A stretch of DNA of 64,000 nucleotides from Mobula hypostoma (Eukaryota). The notes beneath the pieces were generated by a model. It was given only the letters and a program-made list of their open reading frames with translations. It had not been told where the DNA came from and searched no databases. The translations under genes were made by a program, and so were the position numbers. Location: NCBI RefSeq assembly GCF_963921235.1, contig NC_086097.1, positions 174,284,001 through 174,348,000 on the forward strand, written 5' to 3'. Below, in pieces: positions 24,219 to 37,739 of this stretch (the stretch's first letter is position 1; each line of letters begins with the position of its first letter).

Positions 24219-25759
24219 CAGGTGACTCCCGCTTTTCGAACGTTCGCTTTACAAAACCTCACTGTTACGAAAGACCTACATTAGCACCCTGTTTTCGCTA
24301 ACAGAAGGTGTTTTCACTGTTATGAAAAAAGCAGTGCGCGAAAAAAATAAGCGCGCGCCCCGAGCAGCCGCTTTCCCCCAGATTCGGAACTGCAATCTTG
24401 CCGTATTGCTTAAACACGTGCCTGTGAGCAGCTGTTAGCAAGGTGAGTTCTATGGTATCAGAAAAGCCTGAAAGAGCTCGTAAGGGTGTTACACTTAGTG
24501 TAAAACTAGACATAATTAAGCATTTTGATCGTGGTGAATGAAGTAAGGACCAAGTGAGTTTGGCTTGTAGAAGCTGACGAAGATGATGTTGAAGAGGTTT
24601 TGGCATCTCATGACCAAGAAGTGATAGATGAAGAGCTGATACAATTGGAAGAGGAAAGGATAACAATCAAAACCGAATGAGTAATGATAAAGTACGACTT
24701 TAATTTTGAAAGAGTACGTCGATTTAGGGGATATTTGCAGGATGGTTTGAGTGCTTACAAAGAACTGTATGATAGAAAAATGCGGAGGCTCAGCAGTCAA
24801 GCAAGCCTTCCACATCAGCCACAGCAGACGACGAACCTCGACCTTCGACATCGAGGCGGGCAGTCATAGGAGAAGATGAGCTGCCTGCTCTAATGGAAAC
24901 AGACGACGACGAGATGACACCCGAGTGTCACCCCCCCAACAACCAGGCCCCGGACAGATACCGATTCACGGAGAATGCAGCAGTAGCCGGGAGACACACA
25001 GCACATCTTTAAGAAAAAAGCCAAAATAAACATGCCAATTAATTAGGTGCCGCCTGACATGTAATTGTCGGCCCAGATCAGAGGCGATGCAATTCGCATT
25101 CGGTACTGATCTGGGCTGACAGTTACGAGTTGGGCGGCACCTAGTTAATTGACATGTTTATTTCGGCTTTTTTCTTAAAGTTGTGCTGTGTGCCTCCCGG
25201 CTACTGCTGCATGCTTCGCGGATCGGTATCGGTTCGCTGCCCGGAGGGTGGGGGCCACTGCACTACCCAAACTCCGACGACTCAGTTTAACACACCATCA
25301 TCAGTGTGCTCCACGCTTTCCCAATTCCGGTAAGAGATATCACACTGTACATACATTATTTCTACTTTATATTGGCTGTGTATTTTTACGTGTTATTTGG
25401 TATGATTTGGCAGCTTCATAGCTTAAAGGTTACTGGAGAGTGCTTACGCTGTGTTTTTGCCGATGGCGCTTGCGAGAGTTTTTCGCTATGGAGAACAGTT
25501 CAGGCAATGATTGTGGAGAAGTATTTCTACTTTATATAAGCTGTGTGTTTATCATATCATTCCTGCTTTTACTATATGTTACTGTTATTTTAGGTTTTAT
25601 GTGTTATTTAGCATGATTTGGTAGGTTATTTTTGGGTCTGTAAACGCTCACAAAATTTTCCCATATAAATAAATGGTAATTGCTTCTTCACTTTATGACA
25701 TTCCAGCTTACGAACCGTTTCAGAGGAACGCTGTACCTTCGGATGGCAGGGGAAACCTG
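24219..25759 (+). mobile_element. Tigger/pogo-family DNA transposon, internally deleted
   Basis: TA|CAGGT...ACCTG|TA with imperfect TIRs of about 22 bp. A CENP-B-type HTH N-terminus, MVSEKPERARKGVTLSVKLDIIKHFDRGE*, starts at 24452, followed by an acidic C-terminal remnant, DEDDVEEVLASHDQE. Confidence 0.88.
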
Positions 25760-26794
25760 TATTCTCCATTGTTGAACTATGTTTGTATTTGCATTATAAT
25801 TGCAGCCTATTTTATTTTCTTCTGCATTACTCAACACACTTTCCATTTCTGTTAATCATTCAATCACTTTGTACTGCATTTCATCAAGAGTTTATTATAG
25901 CCATCTAAGAGCTAACAGAAATTGCTTTTGTTTAGGATAAGCAAAACATAAAATATGCCTTATTTTGGTCATATCGCAGGCTGGTTAATCTCTCGCCAAG
26001 TATGAATCTGTGGAAAAAGTTAAGATTTGAAAAAAAAAGCTTAACATCATGATTTTAAGATCAAACTTTTGCTGACTGCTTTTCTTGCATAATTTTGGGG
26101 ACTTTTTAAGTGTTTAATAAATTTTTAAAAAATTGAGGCTGATGCACACAATATTTTTAAGCACCCTTCTATTGCTTTTCTTTTGTAGCCATCTCCTAAT
26201 TTCCAAAAAGACAAGTCTGAAGATCTTGTAGCTCTAGTCTGAAGCATGTTGGATCTTTGTTGTGCATAGTCTCTTTTCTCATGCTTTAATATTTCTTACG
26301 ACATATAGAATATATGATGTGGTGTAGACCATCATTTAGGTGTTGACTTATTTGTAAAATGGACCAATGTGGTTTGTTACAGAAACACTCAAAAATTTAG
26401 ATCTGTACTTTTATTCAAATCCAGGTAGACTCTACATGCAGTTTGTCTGATAACTAATGTAATTGGTTTGGGCAATTCTCTTTCAATGACCCACAGGGAC
26501 AAAAAATGCAGGAAAAAAAAACCCTTATGTTTTATATGAAACTGAATGTATGTGGGTTGAGTTAGTGCTATGCAAAAATCACAACAGATGTGGGTGAAAC
26601 AGGGAGTTAGTGTTGGAGGGTAGTTTTTGGGATGGGGGTGGTGAAGAAAAATATTAGAAAAAATAGTTTTGGATTTGGTTAAATATCAGAATAGAATCAT
26701 GGGAAATGGTTTATTTATTTGACACCAAGTTGGCAAAGTTTTATCTAATAACTCAAGTCATTTTTATTGGATATTTTTCAAGTCTTGTTTGTGG

Positions 26795-27056
26795 AGTAGG
26801 CCCTTTTGGTTCTTGGAGCTACACCACCCCAGCAACCCCAACAAACCCGATTAACCATAACCTAATCATAGGACAATTTACAAGGACCAATCAACCTACC
26901 CAGTGCATCTTTGGACTTTGTGAGGAAACTGGAGCACCCAGGGAAAACCCATGTACAGAAACTTCTTACAAAACTGTGCTGGAATTGAACTTTGAACTCC
27001 AGATCACCCCGAGCTGTAATAGTGTTGTACTAACTGCTTTGCAACTGTGGTGCCCA
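26795..27056 (-). mobile_element. V-SINE (tRNA head, V-domain, CR1-like tail)
   Basis: Minus strand has gttcaattcc (B-box-like) and tgggttttccctgggtgctccagtttcctcac...tccaaaga (V-domain). Confidence 0.75.
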
Positions 27057-27239
27057 ATCTGGGGTCAAGGTTGGTTATTGGAAAATGTATAAGTTTATAT
27101 ATTTCTAATACTTATTCTTGAAAAAATGGGAATCTTGGCAAACAAACATCAGCATCAGTAGATATAAATAATATGTTAACTGGTTAGAATTCTGCAAAAT
27201 TAATATTTATGATGATGTATTTTGAAGTGATTAACAGGT

Positions 27240-30200
27240 CATCATCATTGTCATCAGGTGCTGTGCCCAGATTGAGCTTTGACTGCTATGGCCCACACAC
27301 TTCTGTTTCGGGTCAAGTGGGTCGATTCATTGGTATTATTTTCCAGTTTTCTGGCTGCTGTCTCCCACCATCATTTGTCTTTGCCTTCGTTTTGCTTTCT
27401 TCCCTTCAATCTTTCCCATAATTACCGTGCATTCTAACACCTCTTTCCTATCACATGTCCAATGAAGTTACATTGTGTTTTAGTGATCTTATACATTATT
27501 TCTCTTTTTGTGCTTGCTCTGTTCATGACATCCTCATTAGATATTCGTTTTGTCAATGATATTCTTTGCATCCTCCTCAAAAACCACATCTCTGCTGCTT
27601 CAATTTGGTTCCTCATGTTTCTAGATATTGTCCAGCATTCTGATCCATACAACATAACTGGATAAACGTAACATTTCAATACTCTGAGGTGGGTTGTCAT
27701 GCCCAATGTTGGTCAGTATACTTTTCATTCTCGTAAAAGTGTCTTTTGCCATCCCTATTCTTTTGATGTCCATGTCGCACCTGCCATCTGATGTCACCCA
27801 GCTTCCTAAATAGCAAAAGTTCTGTACTTATTTTATGTCTTCCTCGTTTATTTTCAGCCTGCAGATACAATTCTCCTTCTTTTTGGATATTACCATACAT
27901 TCTGTCTTTTTGTGATTAATAGACCCATTTTTCTCAACCAGCAGTACAGAGAGATAAAACAAGTTTGGAAATGGTCAACTTACATCAAATGAAAATGCTG
28001 AATAAATGGCCTCCAAGTTTTTTCAAATTTATTGGAAGGGTCATAAACCGCACTTCTAATTTTTTCCAAATTCAAACACACCATAGTTTGTGAAAACCAA
28101 TGGAATACAGAAGGAGGGTTAATCTCTTTCCAATTCAGCAAAGTAGATCTTCTAGCCGTTAGAGTAAGAAATGCAATCGTCCTATGTGCTGAAGAGGTTA
28201 GATAACTTGAATCTATCATTGGTAATCCAAAGATAGTAGTAATTGGGTGAGGTAATAAGTCTATAGTCAAAGCTGTTGAAATAATGAGAAAAATATCTTT
28301 CCAATATTTTTCCAACAAAGGACATGACCAAAACATGTGAGTTAAAGAAGCTATCTCGCAATGACATCTATCACATATTGGGTTAATGTAAGAGTAGTAA
28401 TGAGATAGTTTATCTTTTGGACATATGGGCCCTGTGCGCTACTCTCTGTACTGCTGGTTGAGAGGAGCGGAGTCGTCGACACTAAGGTTTTCTTCTTTCC
28501 CATTTTTAAGTTGTTAGTACTGCCCAAGTCCTTAGTTTAGTTGACTAATTCTGTTTAGTTTAGTTTTTTTTTGGGATAGGGTTTTTGTCCTTTTTTTTTC
28601 TTTTCCATGTTTTTTTTCCAGTTTTTTTTTGCTTTGTATTATTCATTCCTATTCTACACGATTGGGAGTTTTGTCAATTTATACTATTTGGTCTTATAAT
28701 TATTTATTTTAACTGTACCAATGTATCTCCTACTATTTGTAATATTATGTTATGTTTTCATTCTATGAAATTAATAAAAAGATTGAAAAGAAAGATAGAC
28801 CCATTTTTGCACTTTCTTCAACAACTATATCAATTAAATTTTGTAAGTTCTTCCTCCGTACTTGCAATTAACAGTGCCTTCTGCATATCTGAAATTATTG
28901 ATGTTTTCACTGCCAACTTTGATTCCCAAGATGTCTCTTATTTTTTGTAATATTGTTTCACTGTACACATTAAATCGGGAGAAAACACTCCCTTGTCTAA
29001 CGACTCTCTTGATTTTCGTAAACTGACTCACTTCTCCATCTATTCTTACAGCGGCAGTTTGTTCCCAGTACAGATTTCTGATTAGGCGGAGGTCTTTCGA
29101 ATCTAGATGTAGAGTTTCCTGTAATATTTCTAATAACTTATTGTGCTTCACTTTATCAAATGCTTTTGTGTAGTTGATAAAACAAACAAACAAATCTTTT
29201 TGCACTTGAATAGCTCGTTCTGATAGTATCCTTAACATCAATATTGTGTTTCTTGTACCTTTGTCTTTCACAAAACCACATTGTTCTTTGCCTATTTCAG
29301 CTTGTATCTTACTTCTTGCTCTTGTCATCAAAATTTTTAGAAGTATCTTAGTGATGGGACTCATTAAACTTATGATCCTATGTAATTCACATTCTGTTGC
29401 TCCAGGTTTCTTAGGAAGAGTGATAAATACTGATTTTTTTTCATCTCTTCTGGTATTATTCCAGTCTCATAAATGTCATTGATTAAATCAAAAAGTTTTT
29501 CAATTCCATAATCTTCAAGGGCAATAATTTGTTCTCTTACTAATTCATCAGGACCTGCTGCCTTTCCTTTCTTCATCTTACTTATTGCATTACGAACTTC
29601 AGATTTTAAAATACTTGGACCTTCAACATTCTTCTTAATTTCTGGTTTTTCGCCTTGATCATCTTCAAACGATTCTTGAATATACTCAGTCCATCTGTTC
29701 ATAATTTCATTTTTTTCCATGATAACGGTACCGTCCTTTGCTTTCAAACATCCACCTGAAGAACAGAGGAGCTTTTTAACCAGTGATATTCTTGATTTGC
29801 TGATGTACCCTTTTTGGATCAGTAATAGGGATTCTTTCTGTTTGCTCATGTTCCTGGTTTAACCATTCTTCTTTGGCTTCTTGACATAAGCTTTTAACTT
29901 TTTTTTTATCTAAGGACTTGTATTCCATAGGGTTTGCTTTCTTCAGTCTCCTTTCTTCCATTAGATTTTTGATTTCATCTGTCATCCATTTATTCTTTGT
30001 GCTTTTTTCTTTTTCAGGAATCACTGACTTTGCTGATTCTTCCAAGGCATTCTTCAGAGAGTTAAACTTCATTCCTATATGATTGCTATCATCTTGAACG
30101 GATTCTATTTCTAGACTTTCAAATCTATTCCTTACTTCAATTGTAAATTTTTGTCTTGCGTTTTCTTCTTTAATTGCAAGTAGTCAAGGGATTGTTCAGG

Positions 30201-30885
30201 TTTTTGCTGCTTTAGTTTTTTAAGTTTTACTTTTACATGACATATTACTGGGTTATGGTCACTATTACAGTCTGCACCTGGATATGTTTTGCATTGAGTC
30301 ACTGAGTTTCTAAATCTTTGGTTTACTAGTAATATAGTCAATTTGATTTCTGGTGCTGTCAGCTGGACTTTTCCAGGTCCTCAAGCGTCTTAGATGGTTT
30401 TTAAAGTAGGTATTCATAATGACCTGATTATTTATCTTGCACCATTCTACCCATTTCTCGCCTCTTTTCTTTCTTTTCCCTAGTCCAAATTTATTGGCAC
30501 AATGTAAGAACCCTATACCAAGCAGGAAGATTGGACAATGTGATACACGAAATGGAAAGACTAAAAATTAACATCATGGGAATTAGCAAAGTTCGTTGGA
30601 CAGGTGCTGGAGTATGTCAGAATAGAAATAAAACACTAATTTATTCTTGTGGAACATCCCATACTTCCTACTAATGGAGTAGGAATTCTTATGGATGAAA
30701 ACATGGCAAAAAGTGTTTTAGGATATTGGGCAATATCAGAAAGAGTGCTCCTTTTTGATTTAACAATTATATAGGTATATGCACCAACAACAGATGGAAC
30801 AAATGAGGATATAGATAAATTCTATGAAGAGCTTGAATAAGCAAAGAATGGATGCAAATCTCAAGATATTGTTATTGTCATGGGA
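27240..30885 (-). mobile_element. RTE-clade (BovB/Expander-like) LINE with an inverted 5' segment and a nested L1
   Basis: Minus-strand motifs TYPGADCNSDH, KGKAAGPD, EQCGFVKDKGTRN, FINYTKAFDKV, NNFRYA and MLYGSECWT; (TGA)n tail at 27240. TSD gattaa(c/t)aggt at 27229-27239 and 30886-30896. Confidence 0.92.
27933..28794 (+). mobile_element. L1-clade LINE 3' fragment with a 5' inversion and 14-bp TSD
   Basis: TSD ATAGACCCATTTTT at 27919-27932 and 28795-28808. Inverted ORF2 C-terminal CCHC region (CDRCHCEIASLTHMFWSCP) at about 27980-28440. T-rich 3'UTR, AATAAA and an A-rich tail on the + strand. Confidence 0.9.
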
Positions 30886-32369
30886 GATTAATAGGTAACC
30901 AATGTTTAAGACCATTATGTATGTTAAAACTTCATAGTTTTTAGTAAATTTGATAATATTTGCAACTAAATTATTTTTCCTATTCCTTCTCAAATTGAAC
31001 AAAGTTACATCTCCACAATGTTATAATATTTTTAGAATATTAAGAATTTTAAAGTAACTTTCCTTTTCTTCTATAGAGTAAGGGTTTCAACTGAAATCCA
31101 AATTGATTATTGCAAATACTTAGGAATATGCTTTGAAATTTTTTTCGAGGATTTGTAATCATGTTTCATAAGTTCTCAATATAACTGAATGTGGCAAGAG
31201 CTCCTTTCCAAAGTTACCTGTAGCAAAATACTGACCAACACTACCATTTACCATATGCTACCTTGAGATTCATTTACTTGCAGGCATTTAAAAGAAAATA
31301 AAGAAATACAATGGAATATATAAAAAAAACTATACGCAAAGACCGAGAAAAATCTGATGTGCAAAAGAAAACAAATAGTGAAAAAAATAATACTGAGAAC
31401 ATGAGTTGTAAAGAGTCCTTGAAAGTGAGTCTTTAGGTTGCAGAAACAGTTCTGTAACTACTAGGTATACATCTTCTAGTACATCTCAAGATACTTGTGT
31501 GATTAATTGGAGATTATCTTATTGGAGCTTATAACTATTGCTTTTTTTATGACAGAGATCTGTTGTGATCAGATGGTTCATGAAAAAGCTCATTTATAAA
31601 AAAAGTTCTTTAAATTGGAGCTTGAAACTCCATACTTTTTATCAATAAGCAGCCAAATGGAAAATCACTGTTTTCTATAAATGTATTTTATATGTTTGAG
31701 AGTGTTTGAAATCCCCCTAGCTGCATTATTCCTGGAGTAAATTTGGGATAGTGTACATTTTAAACAGCTGATTAGATACAAAATATTTAAGTTAATATGA
31801 TGAATCTGATTTTCAAAAGCTTTGGAAAAATCTAATTCTTGAGTTTGATGTATTTTTCTGGAATATGCAATTGACATCTGACTTGATAATTAGAATGTGC
31901 GAATGAATAACATTTTTGAAATATCCTATGGGATTAGAATTTGACTGTTGTGGCAGATTTTCAGTAAATAGCTATAACTATGACCTTCTGCAGTGTAGGC
32001 ATACTGCAATTAATAAATGGTCTCTACCATGTTTGTTTTTAGAGTGTTATGACAATAAATTATCAAAGAATGAACACAGTTCCATGAACCTCTCTGCATG
32101 GTATTGTTTATTTCTTCATGTTTCCATTACTCTGTGTGATCATTATGTTCTATAGACTACATTGATGGTGTGTACACAAACATTGGCTCATTCCAAGTAA
32201 ATTCAAGGCGATCTTTCAAATGTCAGAAACACCTAAATAGCCTCAAAGCACATGTGTTGCATGTTTAAATTCAAAATTGCCTTTTGAAGTGGACTTTATT
32301 GATATAGCTCATTAATTTAATTGTTTTGTTAAGGCAAACATAATTTTATGATGTTTACTGTGCCATTCA

Positions 32370-33290
32370 ATATCTGATCAGATTGTAACCTCAATTCTTG
32401 CACTCCCATACTTATCAAGTATTGATCATCTCCTGCCTCTTTTTCTTTTGAGGTAGAGTTAAAAACACTCACATTTTGCTGAAATTTTTTTTTTAAATTC
32501 TCAATTGTCCTAAATGGATGACCCCCTCAATTTTAAATGTTAGTCTATAGTTCTGGATTCTCCAATTAAAGGACACATTCTCTCAAAGTCCACAATATCA
32601 GTACCCCTCAGAATCTTGTATGTTTTGAAATGGGTCACGTTTTGCTCTTCCAAACTCAGGCAGATTCAGACCTCACCTATCCAACATCCCTTCTTAAGGT
32701 AACTCACCTTTTCCAGGTATTAGTCAAGTAAAACTTATCTGAAGTGCTTCCAATGCATTATCATGCTTCTTTAAACAAGATGTCCTCCAGATGTCATTTT
32801 ATCAATATTCTATGTTGCCAAAGCATAACCTCTCTTTTGTATTCAGTTATCCTAGAATAAACAATAGCGTTGTTACTTCACAATACTTGCATACCAGCCT
32901 TCTGTGAATCATGTTCTATGAAACTTGTATCCCTCTGCATCTCAGAATTCTGCATTCTATAACCATTTATTAATAAATATTCTGCCAATCTTGACACTTT
33001 TAATTATTCCCTTTCAAATCCAATTTTCTGCCTTCTTCCTGTAACTGCTGACATTTTTCTAATCAAGAGTCTATCAACCTCCACTTCAAGTTTACCCAAT
33101 GACTTGGCCTCCACAGCTGTCTATGCCAATTAATTCCACAGTTTAACCATCTGGGTGAAGAAATTCTTCCTCATCTCTGTTCTGAAAGAACATCCTTCTG
33201 AGGCTGTGCCCTGTAGTCCTAGCCCAACTCCCCCCCACACTACTGAAATGCCCCCTCCATGTCCACACTCTGGAGGTCTTCTAAACTCCG
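32370..33290 (-). mobile_element. Degenerate CR1 3' fragments
   Basis: ggcctccacagct...aattccacag...gaagaaattcttcctcatctctgt is shared with other antisense CR1 copies. Confidence 0.65.
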
Positions 33291-34110
33291 AGTACCGACT
33301 CAGAACCATTAAATACTCTTGTTACCACCTTGCACCTTTATTGTCTGCCTGTGCTGCACTTTCTCAGTAACTGTAACATTTTATTATTATCTCATCCAAA
33401 GATCCACATATAACAGTGCAGTTTTGCTGAGTAGTATTGGTATTGATTTATTATTATCACATGTACCAGGATACAGTGAATGGCTTATCCTGTATACAGT
33501 TTATACAGATCAAATCATTACACAGTGCATTGAGCTAGAATAAGGTAAAACAATAATAATACAGAAAAAAAACACAAAAAGTACTGAAAATGTGCAGTAC
33601 AGGTAATCAATGACATATAAGATCATAACAAGGTGGATTGTGAGGCTAACAATACATCTTAGCATACAGAGGTGTGTTCAAGACCATAAGACAGGAGCAG
33701 AAGTTGGCAATTCAGCACATTAAGAGTCCGATAATGGTGGGATAGAAGCTGTCCTTGAGTCTGGTGGTCATGGTTTCAAGCTTTTATATCGTCTACCCTA
33801 TTGGAGAGGGGAGAAGAGAGAATGTCTGGGCTGGGTAGGGTTTTTGATTATACTGGCTGTTATTTTGGATTATATACTTGAATCTAATGACAGGCAACAG
33901 TAGTTGTGGAGGGTAAGTCATTATTTTATTAATTCAACTGATTGGAAGTGTGAAGTAATTCTACTGATTATTTAAATGCAAGCGAAAAGGGACAAACTTG
34001 CAAACTGAAGATGCACATTGAGCACAAATATAGGATGATTGGATTACATGTACGGTGACAGAAGATCAGGAATCATTTATATTCTTGTTAATTATCTAAT
34101 TCAACAGGAC

Positions 34111-34525
34111 AAATTTTAGGGGAAATGCCAGCATTTCCTTGCACAGGTGCCATTGTGTTCAGTATTTCTGTTTATGTGTAAAGTCCCATACCTATTGGCT
34201 GTTGTAAGCTGGCAATTACCAGACAGTGCAGTTCCATTAAACTCCTTATTGAATCCAGCTGTGAGTTGAGTCATTTCCCCAGCACTAGGACTGGAGAATC
34301 TGTTAAAAGTATTTGCTTCAGATCAGATCTGATAAATGGAGTTCTCTCCCAGGATTTCAGTGGCAGAAGAATATTATATAGGATCAAGGTGTTTGTTTTT
34401 GGAGTTGAATTAAATCTTTTCAAGTATGTTTGTTTATACCAGCGTGTATGGGACTTTAACATAAATAAAAATCCTGAACTCACTGGCACCTGCACAAGGA
34501 ACTGCTTGCACTTCCCCTTAAAATT
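34111..34525. mobile_element. Old fold-back / MITE-like element with diverged inverted arms of about 80 bp
   Basis: 34111-34191 aligns by eye to the reverse complement of 34446-34525. Confidence 0.75.
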
Positions 34526-34669
34526 CAGCCTTTCTTTTTTTGGTCCAGAGCATTCATGCGGACCTTATTGCCAATCTACAATAATCCTCTCTTGGGTCTG
34601 TGTTTTCCTCTGCCTAGCCTATTCAAATGCTCAACTTCAGGAACTGACACCACTCATACCCTTCTTTAC

Positions 34670-35395
34670 ATAAGTGGCACAGCAGTTTCAAACTCCTACG
34701 AGTGCACATCGTGCACAATCTCTCATGGTCCCAGAACACATCCTACACAATCAAAGCTCACAAATGCCTCTACTGAAGGCTGAAGAGAGTCGTCTCTGCA
34801 TATTAGTACTCACAACCTTCTACCAATGCGCAGTAGAGAGCATTCTAACATGCTGCATCGATGAATGCATGGTACAGAAGCTGCAGTGCAGTGGGTAGTC
34901 AAAATTGCCTGATGCATCAGTGTCACCAGCCTACACGCCATCAGGTACCAGAAAAAGGTCATCAATATCATGAAGGACCCCACTTCCCCCCCCCCGCCAC
35001 CCCCCTAGCCTGCTCATGGATTATTTGTCCCATGAGCATCAGGGAGGAGGCTATGCAGCATTAATGCCAGGACTGCCAGATTTAAAAATAGTGACTTTCC
35101 CCAAGCAGTAAGGCTGATCAACTCTTCCTTCCACTAACACCCCCCACTACACCCCCCCCCACCATCACCACATTATCATTTTCTATCAGTCACCTGATAT
35201 ACAGACACTCTTGTCCCAAGCATCACTTTAGGTACATACAATCAACCTATGCACATAAACTATCTTAGGTATTTATATTTATTGTGGTTTTTTAAATATT
35301 GTGTTCTTTATCTTTTTTTGTGTTGCATCAGATCTGAAGTAATCATTCTCCTTTACACTTGTATACTGGCAATAAACAATGCTGAATCCTGAACT
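34670..35395 (+). mobile_element. Rex1/Babar 3' fragment
   Basis: LTTFYQCAVESILTCCI..AWYRSCS; 3'UTR is similar to that of 13325-13890. Confidence 0.8.
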
Positions 35396-36789
35396 CTGTT
35401 TTAAAAAAGAACTTGCCCCTCTAATCCCTTTGAAATTTCCTTTCTCCCACGTTAAGCCTATGTCTTGTTTTTGATATGCCAACCATTAGGAGAAAGCATC
35501 TGACTATCTACCCTATGTATATGTTTTATGATTTTATATACCTCCATCAGGTAGCTCCCTCATCCTGCTTTCCTCCAGGGAAAAGAAACCCGGCCTACCT
35601 AATTGCTCCCCCATAACTAAGTCCTCTAGTCCAGGTAGAATGTTGGTGAACAACCTCTGCGCTTTATCCAGTACAACCACATTCTCCCTGCAGTGTGGTG
35701 GTCAGAACTGCATTGTATTAAAGCTTTGACGTAGCCTCAAAGCAGAAAATTGGGTTAGCATTTAATAATAGTAGTTCATCAGTGGGCAGAACACTTAAGT
35801 ACATTTGTACATTCTATATGGTTTAGGTTTATTTTGAATGACTTTTTTTGTTGTGGGGAGAGGGGGATTTGGAGGCCGATGTTGTGTTTTGTGGGGGGTG
35901 GGTAGGCTTGGGGGTCGATGTTCTCGTTGCATTTTGTACGGGAGGAAGGAGTTTTGGAGTTTAATGATCATGTAGCCAGTCTTTTTTGTACAGGGTGGGT
36001 TTGCTGTTTCTCTCTAAACTGACTTTCATAGTTTGCCTTTGTTTCCTGGCTGTCTGGAGAAGAAGAATCTCAGGGTTGTGTACTGCATACGTAGTTTGAT
36101 AATAAATGAATCTTTGAACCTTTATAATTGCCAAATAAAGGAGCGTGTTCAATAGGTGGAGTTTTGGAAAACTATGGTAATAAGTTGAATGTTTAAGGAA
36201 TGATTATTGAAAATATTCAAGAAAATTAACTATACCAAAGGGGCAACCACAAAAAAAATAATCCTTTATTGGCCCATCAGAAAATGCTTTGCAATAAATC
36301 AGCAACACATCAGAAAGTTACGGAAATGTTTTCCAAACGAGTTTTGTTGGCAGACTTCTACATGATCAAAGCATATACTGGGATTCCTAGCCTGTTGATT
36401 TGGACATTGTCAAGATTTCCTGTCTTAATGGAAAAATTATACAATACGTGCTGATCCCTAAACTTTTATCATGAGAGTGTTAATTCATAACATCTGCGTT
36501 TTAATATACTTTGTTTTATTAAGTTCACTGCACAATAATCTATGTTAACTGATTAGCAAGGAAGTTGTTCCATCAAGATATTGGCCTAGAATTTGCAGGA
36601 GTGGTTCATTTTGCAAATACTGTGGCTGTTCTTCCTTGTGTTTCAGCTTCAATTAGTTTTGCACTGCAAATTGGCTAAGTGTGAATTGATAGTGTTGAGG
36701 GAAGGTTGACTGGGCTTATAGTATATGATATATTGGTGCTGTCATGACAAAGGTATGCCAACGATTATGCTTCATTTATAGTTTGAGTA

Positions 36790-37300
36790 GATCTGGTGTC
36801 ACCAAACACACTAGCATATTTCTACAGATGTACTGTGGAGAACATTCTGATTTGTCTGGTATGGCGGCACCAATACACAAGATTGTATGAAGATTCATAG
36901 GGTTTTATGTATAGCCAGCTGTATCCTGGGCATTAGCCTCCCCACCAATGAGAACATCTTCCAAAGGTAATGCCTCAGGAAGGCTGTTTCTTTCATTACT
37001 GACCCTCACGATCTGCGACATGCCCTCTTCTCAATACTGCCAACAGGGAAGAGCCTGAAAACAACACTCAAGTTTAAGGAACAGCTTCTGCAGCACCCCT
37101 CCCACCCATATCATCAGATTTCCGAATGGTCCATGAACACTTGCATGCCATTCCTCTTTCACATGATTCATTTATTTATTTGTTTGTTTGTTTATTTATT
37201 TATTTTCATCATAATTTAGTGCTTTGTTATGCCTGTCTTGCTGCCACAAAACAACAACTATCATAAGTTATGTCAGTAATAATAAACCCGATTCTTATTC
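36790..37300 (+). mobile_element. Rex1/Babar 3' fragment
   Basis: ttctacagatgtactgtggagaacattctga (FYRCTVENIL); tail aataaacccgattcttattct. Confidence 0.75.
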
Positions 37301-37739
37301 TAAATGATTGGCTCAGTAGCTTATCTTCTGAGTGAAATTTACTGATGAAGAGGGATCTGAAATATAATGGAATGAACTTAAATGCAGAAAGTAAAGGGAG
37401 GAAGGAAGATGAGATCAAGAGTAAGAAAAATAAAATAGAAAGAAAAGGCAGGAAATATTTTTAATGATCTCTTGTAATTGTTTATGTAACTGCAGCAGTG
37501 AGTGGACACATTTGAAATTGGGTCTTTGGGTATGGGTGATTCCTCAGGGCGATAAATCTCCTCACAGTCTCTGCATTATGAAGTAACAGCCCAAGATAGA
37601 ACTAGTACAAACTCAGCAAAAGTTTGACTCTCATGGAAATGGTGATGGTTATCATGTTTATGCAAAACTGATTGAGTAGTATACTTATTTCAGAACTCGT
37701 ATTTCAATTAAAGGTATTTTACTCCCTGCTATCGTTGTT

